A DNA stretch of 64,000 nt from Eledone cirrhosa (Eukaryota): contig OZ024754.1 in assembly GCA_964016885.1 (NCBI GenBank), forward strand, positions 40,362,001 to 40,426,000, given 5' to 3'. Every line of letters begins with the position of its first letter. Within the stretch, counting starts at the first letter, position 1. This document shows positions 16,967 through 31,747 of this stretch, piece after piece. Both the position numbers and the translations under genes were made by a program. The notes beneath the pieces are model-generated. The model saw only the letters and a program-made list of their open reading frames with translations, ran no database searches and was not told the origin of the DNA.

Positions 16967-19900
16967 TTGTAACGCCGCAATATCAATTTATTTCGTTTTA
17001 ACGAACTCAAAAGTTTAACTAGAACTTTACTGTTCCATTATTAGTAATTTACTAATATATTTAGATATACATATTAAGAATATTGTTATATTTGGGGAGG
17101 GTTATGCCCTAACATGCCACAAATAAATAGTAAAACTCAATTTTTCGTTTGGTTTTCACTTCAGTATATTTTTATATTTCTATAATTTGCCGTTTATATT
17201 AATATTTTCATTAAAAACCAGTGAACTTATGATATTTTCCCCTATATTTATAATTGCTATACATTTCCAGTACTTTAATATTTTCTCGTGATTTATTTAA
17301 TCTTCAACATTAAAAATTATTTAAATATATAAATAACGAACCGTTTATATTCTAATCATACTTTAAAAGAACGAAAGTAAAGAAAATAACGGGATGTTAG
17401 CCATTATTTCTAACTAGAAATTACCATATTTCGAATGAGTTAAGTAAATATTTCATTTTGTTATGGGGTTTGTTTAAAATTTCCTGGGGTTGTCTTTCTT
17501 ACACTCCCTAATACCGATAAAAATGAGGAATGTTTGTAAGACAAATCTTAAAAGATGTGTGAGAGTTATCTTCCACTGACCGTCAGGGTAGCTTTACCTT
17601 TCATCCTTACGGGGGGAGGGGTGGGGGTCGATAAAATAAAGTACCAGTAATACACTGGCGTCGATTTAATTGACTTTCCCTTTCCCCCAAAGTTGTTGAC
17701 CTTGTGCCTAACTCAGAAACCATAAGAAACTTTCTTTTTTTTTTTCACCAAATAAACAACTCTTTGCTAAAAATCCACACCACAGAGACATTCGAAGGGT
17801 TTTTCATGTCACCAGTTATATATTTTTCAATATATGGTTCCGTTAAATTATTACATTTGTTTAGGAAATGGATTGATTGTCAGGTCCTGTAGGTGACACA
17901 ATAAAAAATACCCAGCCCACACTGTAATGTGGTTGGTGTTTGGAATGACCAAATGAGGTTTATTTTTTTTAACAACATAATCCCTGGAAAGAAACAATGC
18001 AGTTATTAATAAGAAGTGTTGAAATTAATGCATGCAAGATTCCACAGCTCTAGCATCACTCCTTCCCAGTGAGCCTATGAACTTTTCAGCCTACCCTCAT
18101 ATATGAAAGTTCAGAATTTTACTTGTTTGGTAAATGTGACATGATCTGAGATTGCATTGGAACTGTAACAATTCCACTGTGGAAGACGTATTCCACTGTA
18201 GAAGATATTTAAATGATATATTCCACCGTGGAAGATATATTCCACTGTGAAAGATATATCTATCTTTATGTTCACCTTTGGTTTGGGTTCCTTTTATTAT
18301 TGAATTTCTATTATAAATGTTAATCTTCGATTTACTGTTTCTTTATAAATCTCATCTTAAGTTGGTTTTGTATTTACATTTCATTATCACAGTTGTTTGA
18401 ATAAATATCTTTACTTTGAATTTTATTGAACAAATTTATTTTTGTTCTTGACTAACTTATAACAAGCGGACATAAAATGATGATACACACACACACGTCT
18501 GTTAACCTGTTAACAGTAGCTCCAACTCGAACCACTATTCACAGCAGTTAGGTAATATCAACAGACATTACATAATTTAGCACTGGTTGTCACCTCCCTA
18601 GAATGGAAAGGTTTGTTTAAACAACTTGTACATGTCCAGTCGTCATCACTAATGTTGTAGTCCTAGACATAGTGATATGTGACCACTCTTCAAAGATCAG
18701 GTTGGTCAAACCTGAATTCATGTGTGTGTATATATGGATATATCAATTGAGGAACAAACTAGTATTTTGTACATATAAAGACAGCATGTAGATTTAAATA
18801 CACACTCTTGGGTATTAAAATAGCACTGCACTTTCATAGACATGTTTCTGAGAATCAGAGAAATATAATGTTTACCTTCGATCGAAGTAATTAGTATCGA
18901 TTTTGGTGAACATCTTAAGACCATGATTCTCTTTGTCAGTATGTTTAGGTCTTTGGTAAATATATCTCACGCTACATTAAAATATTACTAACACGTTTTA
19001 TAGAAGAGTAGATAAAACAGGTCAGGCCTTGTGGAATGCTAGAAAGAGCTCCAGGCGTCGAGAAATTAGTAGCAGCAATGTCAATTTTAGGTTTAATCAG
19101 TACATAAAATATATATCGATAATGTACAAGGCTCAATAAACTTCTGTTCAGAACATGTATAATGAGTTGTCTCCCCTCCTACGTCTGTTATCTATATTTG
19201 TGACATTTACTTGAAATAAAGAAAAAGTTCATGGGAAGTGTTGTATACAGACAACTGAATTCTAAAAAAGGATAAAAAAATTAGAGTAAGTTGTAAGCAG
19301 TGATTGCCTGATTTTCATCGAAATCTACACTGCACACACTTATGTAAACCTCTATTGCAAATACATACACACCAAGTGTAATATATTAGGTGACTTCAAA
19401 CTAAGAAGCCTACCAATACGGATACTGTCCCTTCCATCGTAACCAAACTCTCCCAATCTTTGTAATGTCACTCAACAAAGAGCTATTGCTCTCAAGATAT
19501 TTGATGTGAATTACTCAGCTATGATAAGATTGTAGGTTCAATTCCTGGGCTGGGTTGCGTCCTGAACAAAACACTTCATTTCACATTGCTCCAGTATACT
19601 CAGGTGAAAATGAATATCAGCAGCAATAGCTGGAGGTTTACCCCCCGTAATGGACAGACACCCTGCGTAGGAGGGGGGAGGGGGTATTGCACTCTCAGTC
19701 ACTTAATGCCACAGAAACCAGGATAAACACCGGCCAGATGAGCCTCCAAGCTCCAGACAAACAGATGGACAGTCAGGATGTCTGGATATTTAACAAAAAA
19801 GAATTCATTTATTCGTGTTCATAAAAAGTGAATTTAATTGGTGAGATAAATTTTTTTTATTTCAATTAAGTTAAGAAATACAAAATCAACAAACTACAAT

Positions 19901-22900
19901 AAACAAGAGGAAGGCCATTAAACTTATTTCATAAACGTTTATTTTCCTTTTTTTTATATTTCTTTGTATGTTTGCATGTATGTTTGTAATGGGCAGTTCA
20001 CAAGATACACTATGCAAGATAAAAAATTTCTTTTGCTTGTATTTCAACAACTGTTGAACACTGAAGATAGTTTTCAGAGCAGGAATGAAAAAGATGGTAA
20101 AGATAATAAGAAGAGATAGGACATAAATTAGGTTTTTATTAATTTTTTTTTTCCATTTACATATTTTTCCTTCTTTTTCTTAGGTTTATATTATTTTTTT
20201 TTAATATTTATGTTTATTTTGTAGCCAAATCCTGCTCTGGAATAGCTCAATCTGTACATTGTATTTCATTAGAGGAAACAAATGATAACATTTAATCCTT
20301 CCAGTAATTATCATCAGTAGTTTTTTTGGGGTATTTTTTATTTTTTTATTTTGCTTTTGTTTTTTGACCAAATCAGTGACCAAAGAAAAACAAATTATAG
20401 GAGAAAACTGAATAAAATTTGCTCAGAATTGAGTCCAAGACAATGTCAATACCTTCTGCTAAATAATTAAAGTTATCTAGCATTATTATTATTATTATTA
20501 TTACAACAGGTTACAGTGCCTGAAGCAGTGGCAGGAGCATGTTTATTATAGGAAACATGAAGACAGTAATACAACCATTTAACTGTTAAATGGGAATTAT
20601 AAATATTTCAATACAGTGTTTGTACCAAAATGGTACTGAAGACTCAAATAACTACAGGCATGATGAATATGTGGAGGGTTAAAATATTCAAAATAATATA
20701 TTTCTGAATAGAAACACCTGCTCAAAATGTCTTCAGCCAACAATGAAGAGCCACAATAAAATATACACCCACCCACCTCCCAAACAAATGCCATTTTTTA
20801 AATATTTTTATCCCTACCAAACCCACTTTCTTACTTGACTTGCTCATGTGTATCTACAAAATTAACAATACTATCACTGTTTCCTCTTCAGTTGAGATTT
20901 CTCTGGAAGAATTCTGCACCATCATTCTTATCTCAAATTTTATGGGGAGTAAAAGTTCTGAAAAATGATGAAAGGATTTCAAATTAAAAATCAAGTTCTA
21001 ACTGCAAACTAAATGTAATCAAAAGCTTGTTACTTATTAACACTCTCTCTCTCATATATAATCCTGATCATTATTATTTTAACGCTGTTGATACCAAACC
21101 AGCAGAAACTGCTCTTGGTTCTTCAATATAAACCTGTTTGTTTATCTATATATCTAAAAGCCTTCCATCACAATGTTATGTCCTGCTTAAAACATCAGCC
21201 AAATCATGAGAAAGTCAGTTAGAATACTAAGTACCCTGGTTATTTTTAAAATCAGGGGCAGTATCTTTTATTGGAAATAAGGAAATAAAAGGGTTAAAGA
21301 AATTTAGTGTAATTTAAAGTTTTTCTACAAGAAATATTTTACAAAGAATGGCAGTGATAACTTCAATGATTGTCAATAAAGCTGAAGTGAAACACAACCA
21401 GTGTGTCTGTTTATTGGCAGTATGACATTCCAAAAGTACAGTAACTATTATGAAGACAATAAGATTGCACACAGGTGATAAGACTGTAATCAATGCAGAA
21501 AAAACTGCATTAATAAACAGCTTAGCATCATAGAACCAATGGAAGTTTGGTATCTAAAGGATCAAACCAAATTCTCACCCAGCCTCAAGAGTTAAAAAAA
21601 GATCCTAAATTTTATAATGAAACAATATTTTACAAGAAAGAGTAAAGGCAGCTAATGAAATGATAAATGAAGAACTCACTGTAGGATTCCAGGAAAGAAA
21701 GGCTGCTAACAATCATCTGCTTCTTCTTCACACTGGAATGGAAATTGAGATTAACATTACTATAATTTACTTTCAAAGCAATTTTACATATGCTCTTGGA
21801 AAATAGATTTCTAACGAGTCCTGACATTTGGGATTGTTAAGTTAATTAAAATTAATTAAGACCAAAGAAGTCACTTGTGAATCACTTTCTGAAAAAAGAT
21901 TGTATACCACTGAGACAATAAAAATTGACCTGTAACTGATGCTAGTTGATGACATGTAATGAATACAATATAAGTAGTTAGAAAAGTATATTTTTCTTAT
22001 AAGTTGGCAGAATCATCAGAATTTTAGAATGCTTGGTATTTCTCCTGGATCTCTGAGATCAAATTCTGCTAAAAGCAACTTTCACTTTTATCCTTTCGTG
22101 GTTGATAAACAAAATACCAGTCTAGTACTGGGGTCAATTCCTCCTCTATATCTCTTTCTTTGGTGAGGAATGTCTGCCAAGTTGAAATGTTCAAGACACG
22201 CTGTATAACATTACAGAGCCTCTACATCTCTACCAGGAGTTTAAAACCTAATGACAGGACATATCACAAACATTAACAGGATCTTTAATAGGAAAGTTTA
22301 GCCTGGACATTGGTCCAGGGCCTGGAGAACCAAAGAGGGACCCATAAATATGTTACAGTAACCCTCCACACAATAGAAAACCCCTCTTAGCCACATTAAA
22401 TGTTGAGATGTACTCCCTACCATGAGAGGTTCATGAAAACAGATTCATTCAGCCATGAAATATTTCTACTAGCTATTACTAATGGTAATATTCTTTGCAC
22501 CAATTTCTGTGAATCCAGCATATTTACTACAGAGAGTAGCTGGAACACCAAGGCATTTAAACCGGCCATATCCAGCCAGAATTCTCTCACCTCTTTCTGT
22601 TTAAACCAGCCCCTCATACTGATGTTACGGTATTGTTCTCAAAATAAATAACATCAAAATCTCATAGATTCAATATAATTGTTTCTACTTTTGGCACAAG
22701 GCCAGCAATTATCCAGTGCATTACTGGTACTTTATTTTATCGACCCCGTAAGGATGAAAGGCAAAGTTAACCTCGGCGGGATTTGAACTCAAACCATAAA
22801 GGGGCGTGGTAATGCGAGATATTTATGTAAGATAAAGCCTTTAACACAAAAATACAATAGTAAATATAGAGTAATGTAAATTGTAATGGGTTAAAGCATT

Positions 22901-24378
22901 GCACTTATGACCCTGAAACCTAAATATTTAATTAAATGTACCTGTCAAGTTTTCTTTAGACAAGACACACAGTCTATAGTGTTTTCAAGTGTCTTGAAAA
23001 TAAAAATCAAAAACAAAAAAAAAACAGTTTCATTCGAATTAGAAAACAATATACTTACATATACAGTATTTTCCAGGAGGAAGCTTCTGGAGTTTAGAGA
23101 CCTTAATAGGAGGGTCAAAATTTATGATTATTTTTTTGAAATTGCAATATCAATAATAAATGAATTGTTAATAACTGTTAATTAATCCCAAATACATCAA
23201 CCTAATCCCAGCACATTTTGAAAAAAAAATAAATAAAAGATATATAAAAAAAAAAAATTATAATTTCATGTCCTGGGAGTAGGTTATACTCTGAAATAAC
23301 AGTTTCAAGCAACATCTATGGCATTAAAAGCCAGTTGAACATTTTTATATTTAATTACAAAAATATAAACATAACCAAAAAAAGAAAAGCAGACGTATTG
23401 AAAGCAACAAGTTTTCTTTTTTGTTTTTTGTTTTTTGCATTAAAACAGAAATTAAATCTAAAAATACAATATTTACAAAATTAGATTTAATAACAATTAG
23501 CTTTGCAATACAAAAGGAATAACTAAAGACTATTTAAAAGTATATTCAAATTTGAAAAGACTCGTAAGGTGTCAGCAAAACAACAATAAATGATAGGTAG
23601 GTAAAATAATAATACTTAAGCAGTAATATTCTTAAACAACATCCTGCTAGCTTGAATTTCATCTCTTGAGGGTTGATAAGATTAGTAACACTAATATACT
23701 GGGTCAATTTATCCAAATACACCCCCTTTTTCTATAAAAATTGGTCATGTACCAAATTAAATATTAAAGGACATCCATTTTATAAAATTTTTTTTTTTTC
23801 CATTAAAAAAAAAAATTAAAAAAAAAAATGTCAAAATTCATGATTTAACAAAGGGAAATGCAAGTTAAAATACAATAGCTGAAATCCCACAAACTATTGT
23901 ACAACTCCCAAAATTAAAACTTAAGATGTTGTTATGTAAAAAAAGCCCATATTTCTAAATGTAAAAATAGCAAGTGGTTATAGAAATAAACAAAAGGAGG
24001 AAGAAAATAAATGGTTATAAAGCAGACTGATAGAAAGCAGTTGATATATATGACAAAGCTGACTGACTTCTCACTTATAACATGCATAGCTGATAAGTAA
24101 TATAAGCCAAGATATTTATATATACGAATATATATTCAAAATTCAGATCATGCAACACTTGAAAGCCAAATTAATATTGAGAAAAGTGGAGTGAGAAAAG
24201 ACATCTACATCAAAAAAACTTCATGCTGCTGGAATAAATGCCTTTTAAACCAGACTGAAGAACAATACAAAAAGCAGAACTATCAGAAGTTTTTAGAATC
24301 TTCGAGGAAAGTTGGACACAAACCATTAAATTCAGGGGGCTTGTGGTGTCTCAGGCTCGCCGACGTGAGCACCGTGGG

Positions 24379-24400
24379 CTAGAGCATAAGCAATTCACTC
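24379..24400 (-). CDS. YY1: candidate YY1 terminal coding exon B (..SELLML*)
   Basis: Strong acceptor tttttctctgtag; phase-2 reading gives SELLML-TAG; followed by U-rich UTR-like sequence. No homology support. Confidence 0.35.
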
Positions 24401-25494
24401 CTACAGAGAAAAACAGGCCGGGTGTAAACATGATTTCACATTATATGATTTCTTTGAAAAAGAGTTAGAGAAAACTCTGTAGCTGAAGAAGTTAAAATGT
24501 ACATGTGTTTTGTGTGTGGTGTGTGTATGTGTATATACATGTGCACACATTTCAATTACAATGGTACATGAGATACATAAAACTAAAGCTATTGCAAGAA
24601 AAACAATACCAAAAAATAAAATAATGAAATATATATAATATACAAATAATATATAATCAAAGAATATATATAAATATATATACACACAAGGTGATAATCT
24701 GCATATCTCTAAGACAATCAGAACAAACACTGAAGCAAAACCTTAAAGTAGAATATAAAAAGTGTAGGTTCACCAAGTCTTACACATAAGCCAGCACAAA
24801 TTATGCCTTTTGATACTAACTTGGCTAACCCTGTTCTGGTTCTATGAAACAAAACCACCTATTTAAATTAAAATATTCCAATATAAATTTTATATATAAG
24901 AACCATGTTAAGTTAATATCTTAGTATAGAAATAAATTTAGTCAATTTCTCAAAATTCTAAATTGAAATAGAGGGTTGTGAAAGGTTCTCAAATGTTCCT
25001 AAAACTGTTTACATAATTGTAAATAAAATCAAAGGTTCAGATGGAATTTACATTTTTAGAACTAAGTCCTACACGGAGGACTTCACTCCAAGCAAATCTG
25101 TTCTTTTCATCCAAATTTATCTTATTTATCCTACACCAAAGTCTACTACATGGGACAACACATTCAACACAACCTTGTTCAACTGATAAACAAGCCTTAA
25201 CCTTTTGATACCAACCTACCTTAAACTACCCCTAGCTCTTTTATAGTAAACTACCTGCTTATATATAAAACCTTCCATCAAAATTTTATGTAATAAATTT
25301 TTTATTAAGTTCCATATACCAACTTACGAATGAAAAAGCAAAATATTTTACTAAATTCCTCAAAACTTCTGATTGTTTTCAAAATTAATTGAAACACACT
25401 GGCAATATATTTCATTAGAAAAAGATGATAAAAGAACATTTTCTAACCACTAATTAGTCCTTTACTATTATTGCCACAACCTCAAACTGACAGA

Positions 25495-25554
<60 letters not shown>

Positions 25555-25812
25555 AAACACATATGGTGTGTCAGACTTACTGCATCACCTCCCAACTGTA
25601 AACTAGTAATTTATCTCTTAACATCCTGTACCACTTGAAATCAGCCGTAACATATTATTGAAAAGTATGAAACAGAACCAGGACTTGACAATAAACTGCT
25701 TACTCCAATACTGAAAATGTTCACAACAATCTCTCTATTAATAGAAAATACTATAGACTTTTAAAATGACAAACCCGTTTTTAGATATTTTCTGCTAAAT
25801 CATTACAGGATA

Positions 25813-26009
25813 TTAACTCTTTAACATTTAAACTGGCTGTATCCAGCCAGAATTCTCTAACCACCTTCTGTTCAAACCTGCCATAACTGGCCACTCATAC
25901 TGATGTTAAGGTATTGTTCTCAAAATATCATAGATTCAATATTATGTGAAAGTGTTTACCGTGAAAATACAATAGTATACACAGAGTAATGTAAATGCTA
26001 AAGAGTTAA
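25813..26009. mobile_element. piggyBac-like MITE (TTAA-flanked)
   Basis: ttaa-ctctttaacattt ... aaatgctaaagag-ttaa; inverted relative of the copies at 36879 and 49360. Confidence 0.6.
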
Positions 26010-26899
26010 ATCAAATCCTTCAGTAACCTCTAATGTCGTGGGTTTGATTCCTGGGCAGGATTGCGTGTTGTGTTCTTGAGTAAAACACTTCATTTCTCGT
26101 TGCTCCAGTATATTCAGCTAGAAATAAGTACCAGCAATAGCTGGGGTTTGAACCCAGCAATTGACTGGCGTCCTGTCCAGGGAGGAGTCTTGTACACTCA
26201 GTGGCTTCACGCCATGAAACTGGGACAAGCACCAGCTTAACAAACCTTAAATGGCATAAGACAGACTTAGATTAAACTTAGATACTAACACCAGTTACAA
26301 AACTGCAAAGTATTATGCCAGCCTTTCTTTAAGTTAAATGACAAAAAAAAACAAAACAAAACAAATAAAAAAATACACAAGCACTTCTTGACTTACAACC
26401 GAGTTCACTTCCAAGAAACAGTTTACAATTCGGTACATATGTAAATTAAAACCCTATATGTATGACCTGGGTAGTAATAGTGGTGGTAATTTATAAGCAT
26501 TACTCCTACATAATACATTTTATTGTATCTTTAGTAGTAGTAGTGGTGGTGGTGGTAATTTATAAACATTACTCCTACATAATACATTTTATTGTATCGT
26601 TATGTGCATTATTACCCCAGCATTATTATTGCTTTTTTGTGTATATATAATGTTTGGAACTAGAAATATTCGAATATATAATTGCTTCTTAAGTTGTGTA
26701 GGTCATACCTCAAGGAGTGTCTGTCTGTGTGCACTTCCAAATTGGTACATGGGTATGTGACTGAGCATACCACAGACATATGCATTCTTAACATCGTTTT
26801 CAGGGAGATTCAGTGTGTTAATGTGTGTGACAAGGCAAGGCTGACCTCTTCAATTACAGGTATGACCTATTTTTGCCAGCTGAGTGGACTGCAGCAACA

Positions 26900-27160
26900 T
26901 AAAGCATCTAGCTTCTCTCTTGGATACCTGGAACTGGTCTCTGCTACCCTCATTTTTCCATGGCTGTCTCATGACTTTAATGGCTCTATCCATTGTGCTG
27001 TTCCACCACCAGGGCACCCTCTGTCTGGTAGGCACTTTGCTCCATCCCCAAGTCTCATCAGTAGTTCGCAAAAGGTAGTCGCGCAACAATTTACAATTGT
27101 CCTCTGCATCATATGAATCTAACTCATCCCACCTTTCATGAAATGCATCTCGTAGGGCCT
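26900..27160 (-). mobile_element. RTE-like LINE fragment (region between endonuclease and RT)
   Basis: ORF 26850..27089(-): TDETWGWSK...PWWWNSTMDRAIK. Confidence 0.6.
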
Positions 27161-28294
27161 TTTTAAACCTATATTTAATAAACTAAAAACACCCAACAAA
27201 TTTCCAATCAAAATATAACAACACAATTACTTTGACTCTGCCAAAATTTAAAAGGTATTACATAAAACAACTAATGAAATTAACCAGGGGTGAAATAAAG
27301 ACCAGACTCCATCATAAACAAAAGAGGGCGAAAGAAAAATCTTTTCAAACACAATGAAACTCCAATTTCTATAATATACATGTTCTAAATATGCAATTTA
27401 GATGTTTTTTGCTTTGTTTATTTCTCTTGCATTTTTTAAGGGATGATTATAAGAGTTGGAGCAACATAGGGGTATCCAGTCATAAAACATTGCATCAAAC
27501 AGGACCCTATAATGTGTATAAAGTCTGTCATGGGGCCCAACAAGGCTAATCCCTGATTTAAAAGGGAAAATGACCGTAACACAGTTGTTGCTGCAGTTTG
27601 TGTGTGTATGTGTGTTGAATAAAATTACCAGACATAACAATTTAAATGAAGGGCTCACCACAGAAACAACAAACTAATAAGTTTAAAAGGAACACAAGAT
27701 CCTTCTCCCTCAACTTATACTTTTGAAATAATTTCTTGAAGCAAGTTAAGCAAAGGCAAGCAGAAATGAGAGAGGTTAGTGTACAATAAAACCTCAAACC
27801 ATTAATTCCAGAAGCCTAACTCAATGTTTAATTCGAACTTCTTTTTAAAATGCATCAGTTCATTAAGTAAGCATGCAGAAAATATCAAATATATACAAAA
27901 ATAAAGTTCCACTCCCACTAAGGAATTTCAACTAAAAGGTTACCAATTTAGAAATAGACCAACTTGTAAACCCAATAAACAGAGAACAAAATAATTTTAT
28001 TTTTACTTCTGGCTAGTTTAGAAAGTAAAAAAAAAACTGAATTATCTGGAATATAATTATATACATATCTATATATACAGGTGCAGCAAAAAAAAAAATA
28101 CCTCCCTGTATATGTGTATATATATAAATGAAAAATGAAAAAGTATTAAAACAGTTTTAGTGCTTGAAAATGGAAGGGGAGAAAACATACCATGCAAAAA
28201 ACAGATTACTGTTTTAAATATTAAAAACAAAATTCCAATACGAAGAATATTGAGAGATAAGAATAGTTTTAAAATATATAGAAGGAAAATAAAC

Positions 28295-28319
28295 CTAAAA
28301 CAAGGTTGTAGTTGAGGAC
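28295..28319 (-). CDS. YY1: candidate YY1 terminal coding exon A (..SSTTTLF*)
   Basis: Long pyrimidine tract ctctctctttcttcttcgttgacttcctcag; phase-2 reading gives SSTTTLF-TAG. No homology support. Confidence 0.35.
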
Positions 28320-28814
28320 CTGAGGAAGTCAACGAAGAAGAAAGAGAGAGTGTGTGCTTAAAATTGAAGAAGTAAACACTAACTTAGAAACCATATTTTA
28401 TAAACTGTGATAGGAAAACTTCAGTATGTAAGAAATAGTTGATAAATATTGCCTATAAATCCAAATTAAATTTCAACAAATACGTAAAGAAAACAATCAA
28501 TCATGAATTAAACAATATAATTTTTTAAAATGAAACAAAATTTCTAAATATAAAAATGAAATTAAGTTATGAAGTGGTAAATCAAGTCACAACAAAATAT
28601 TATTTTTCATAAAATCTTAAATGATTGAAAAATTAATTTTAGTTTAACTCTTTTGTTCCCGGCCTTGGTTACATGAAACAAAGCTACTCATTTGAAAAGA
28701 TTCTCATGTTAAATATAATCTAATATAATTTATATAAGAACCCCAAGTTAAAGTTACTATGAAATAATTAATAATTTTAATATATATCTTGAAATTCTTC
28801 AGTGCAGATTGTGT

Positions 28815-30117
28815 ATATATATATCAAATGAAATATTTATATACCCAACTATAGTGTATATATCAAATGAAATATTTATATATCGAACTATAGTGTATAT
28901 ATCAAATGAAATATTTATATATCCAACTATAGTGTATATTTATATACCCAAAGCTGGGTGCTTTTTTTATGAAATATTTATATACCCAAAGCTGGGTGCT
29001 TTTTTTGCCGTGGTGCCTAGACGTCCACTTTACAGTGTGGGCTGGGTACTTTTTTTTTGCTGTGGCACCTCCACGACCACTCTACAGTGGAATGATATGG
29101 ACCCCAGTCCTTATCATCTCATTTCTACAGCTGAGTAAACTGGAGCAATGTGAAATAAAGTGTCTTGCTCAAGGAAACAACACATCACCATCAAATGAAA
29201 TATTTATATACCCAACTATAGTGTATATAACAAATGAAATATTTATATATCCAACTATAGTGTATATAACAAATGAAATATTTATATATCCAACTATAGT
29301 GTATATAACAAATGAAATATTTATATATCCAACTATAGTGTATATATTAAATTAAATATTTATATATCCAACTATAGTGTATATATCAACTGAAATATTT
29401 ATATATCCAACTATAGTGTATATATCAACTGAAATATTTATATATCCAACTATAGTGTATATATCAACTGAAATATTTATATATCCAACTATAGTGTATA
29501 TATCAAATGAAATATTTATATATCCAACTATAGTGTGTATATCAACTGAAATATTTATATATCCAACTATAGTGTATATATCAACTGAAATATTTATATA
29601 TCCAACTATAGTGTATATATCAAATGAAATATTTATATATCCAACTATAGTGTATATATCAACTGAAATATTTATATATCCAACTATAGTGTATATATCA
29701 ACTGAAATATTTATATATCCAACTATAGTGTGTATATCAAATGAAATATTTATATATCCAACTATAGTGTATATATCAACTGAAATATTTATATATCCAA
29801 CTATAGTGTATATATCAACTGAAATATTTATATATCCAACTATAGTGTATATATCAACTGAAATATTTATATATCCAACTATAGTGTGTATATCAAATGA
29901 AATATTTATATATCCAACTATAGTGTATATATCAACTGAAATATTTATATATCCAACTATAGTGTGTATATCAACTGAAATATTTATATATCCAACTATA
30001 GTGTATATATCAACTGAAATATTTATATATCCAACTATAGTGTATATATTAAATGAAATATTTATATATCCAACTATAGTGTGTATATCAACTGAAATAT
30101 TTATATATCCAACTATA
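28815..30117. repeat. 39-bp minisatellite interrupted by a retroposon fragment (~28945-29190)
   Basis: Unit atatcaa(c/a)tgaaatatttatatatccaactatagtgtat; gives the 13-aa repeat ORF ISTEIFIYPTIVY. Confidence 0.95.
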
Positions 30118-31705
30118 AAGGTGATTCCGAATTAGCAGTTCACAAAAAACTGCTGCTTCAGACTTAATCCTGTTTGAAACTGTACAGTTATCGAGGTTTA
30201 TAAAGCTTGGTCATATTAATATGGTGCTTAGCTGAAACATTGCAGGATGGCAATTAAGAAAACCTGGGACTGCACAAGGAGGCCATGTGAGCTGGGTCTC
30301 TGAGAATCACTGGACTAGATAGGAGAGGAATTGGGAAACTCTGGGACTGCAAAAGGAGGATTGTGAGTGACTGAGTCACTGAGAATCACTGTTCTGATTA
30401 ATTTATAAACATTTAAAAGCTTTTTAATACTAAGAAAGAAAAAAAAATTAATTAAGGGTGTTCATGTATATTTAATGTAGGATTAAAGTAACTAGGAGCC
30501 TTGAGTACATGTTCACAACTTAATGACAATTAAAAGTACATGAATATAAGCCTACACATCGACCCATGCCAACCTCTAAAACAGAGTTGACACACAAAAT
30601 GTATTTAACAATTATAATATTCTAAATTTTGACATAAATGTTGTGATTCATATTTATATTGTAATATATATTTAAAGTGAGACAAGGATCTCTAGACTAA
30701 GAGACTTTGATCTGTAGCTCACTCAATTTAGTACTGTGGCACATATATCAATCTTGAACTGTGTATATTGCTCTAGTTATTTTAACCAATAATAATGGTC
30801 CGTAAGATGTCCATTCTTGATAGTTTTATCATTAATTTTACATCTTTTGATACCAAACTGCCTGAAACTACCTTTGGTTTTACATTACAAAGCTGTTCAT
30901 ATTTGTATAAAAACCTTCCATTATAATTTTATGTAAGAAACTTTATTAAACTTTGCTAAACTTTAATAATGAGAAAGTTAGTTATATTAAATCCTCCCAA
31001 AGTTTTGATTATATTTAAAATAATTTGAATGTTATAGGCATCTTCATTATAAAAATGGTAAAAGGGTTAAAGCATAAACAACCCTCAAGGTTACAAAGTG
31101 CCACCTTTTCTGGAAATTGAACTTACTACCTCACAATTGAAAGCACAATGCACTAACCACTCCAAACACAATATATTACTAAATCCCTATAAATGTTTGA
31201 TAAATTTCAAAATTATTTGAATATCACAGGCAGTAATGAAAGGATTAAGGCAAAAATTTCCTTATGTCATATAATAAAAGATCAAACTAATATTATTGTA
31301 ATTTTGAATATTGTAAAACTAAATTTAAAAAGTCAATTGAAATATGCAGGACCTAAAAATAAACGAAGCAAATGGGTCAAGGTTTATTTTGAATAAAAGC
31401 TGATAAAGAACGAGAAAGTTTCAATAAAAATGTTACAAGCAAGACGGAGTTCAAGTTAAATTACAACAGAAGTTGGTGTAGAGCAAAGTAGTAAATTTTG
31501 ATTGGAAAAGAGTTGGCATTGAGAAGGAAAGTTTGAGAGAGATAATAATGCACTAGTATGGAAATTCAAAGAAATCAATACTGAATTAACATTTGCAAAC
31601 AAATGTTTTCAGAATTATTTCTTATTTATAATAGAGATAAATTATTACCTGAAATTTGAATTAAGAAAGTATTTTGTCAACAAAAAAATTAAGTGTGTAT
31701 GTGTG

Positions 31706-31747
<42 letters not shown>

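Noticed and set aside
18700-19200. Slightly GC/CpG-richer stretch that might be an exon
   Set aside because: No recognisable protein motif or convincing splice pair in the frames examined.
20862-20896. Minus-strand CTGAAGA-G-GAAAC...GTA
   Set aside because: No stem II and only 2-3 bp flanking stems; expected by chance.
29377-30135. 252-aa ORF of 13-aa repeats
   Set aside because: Product of a 39-bp minisatellite; no splice or homology support.
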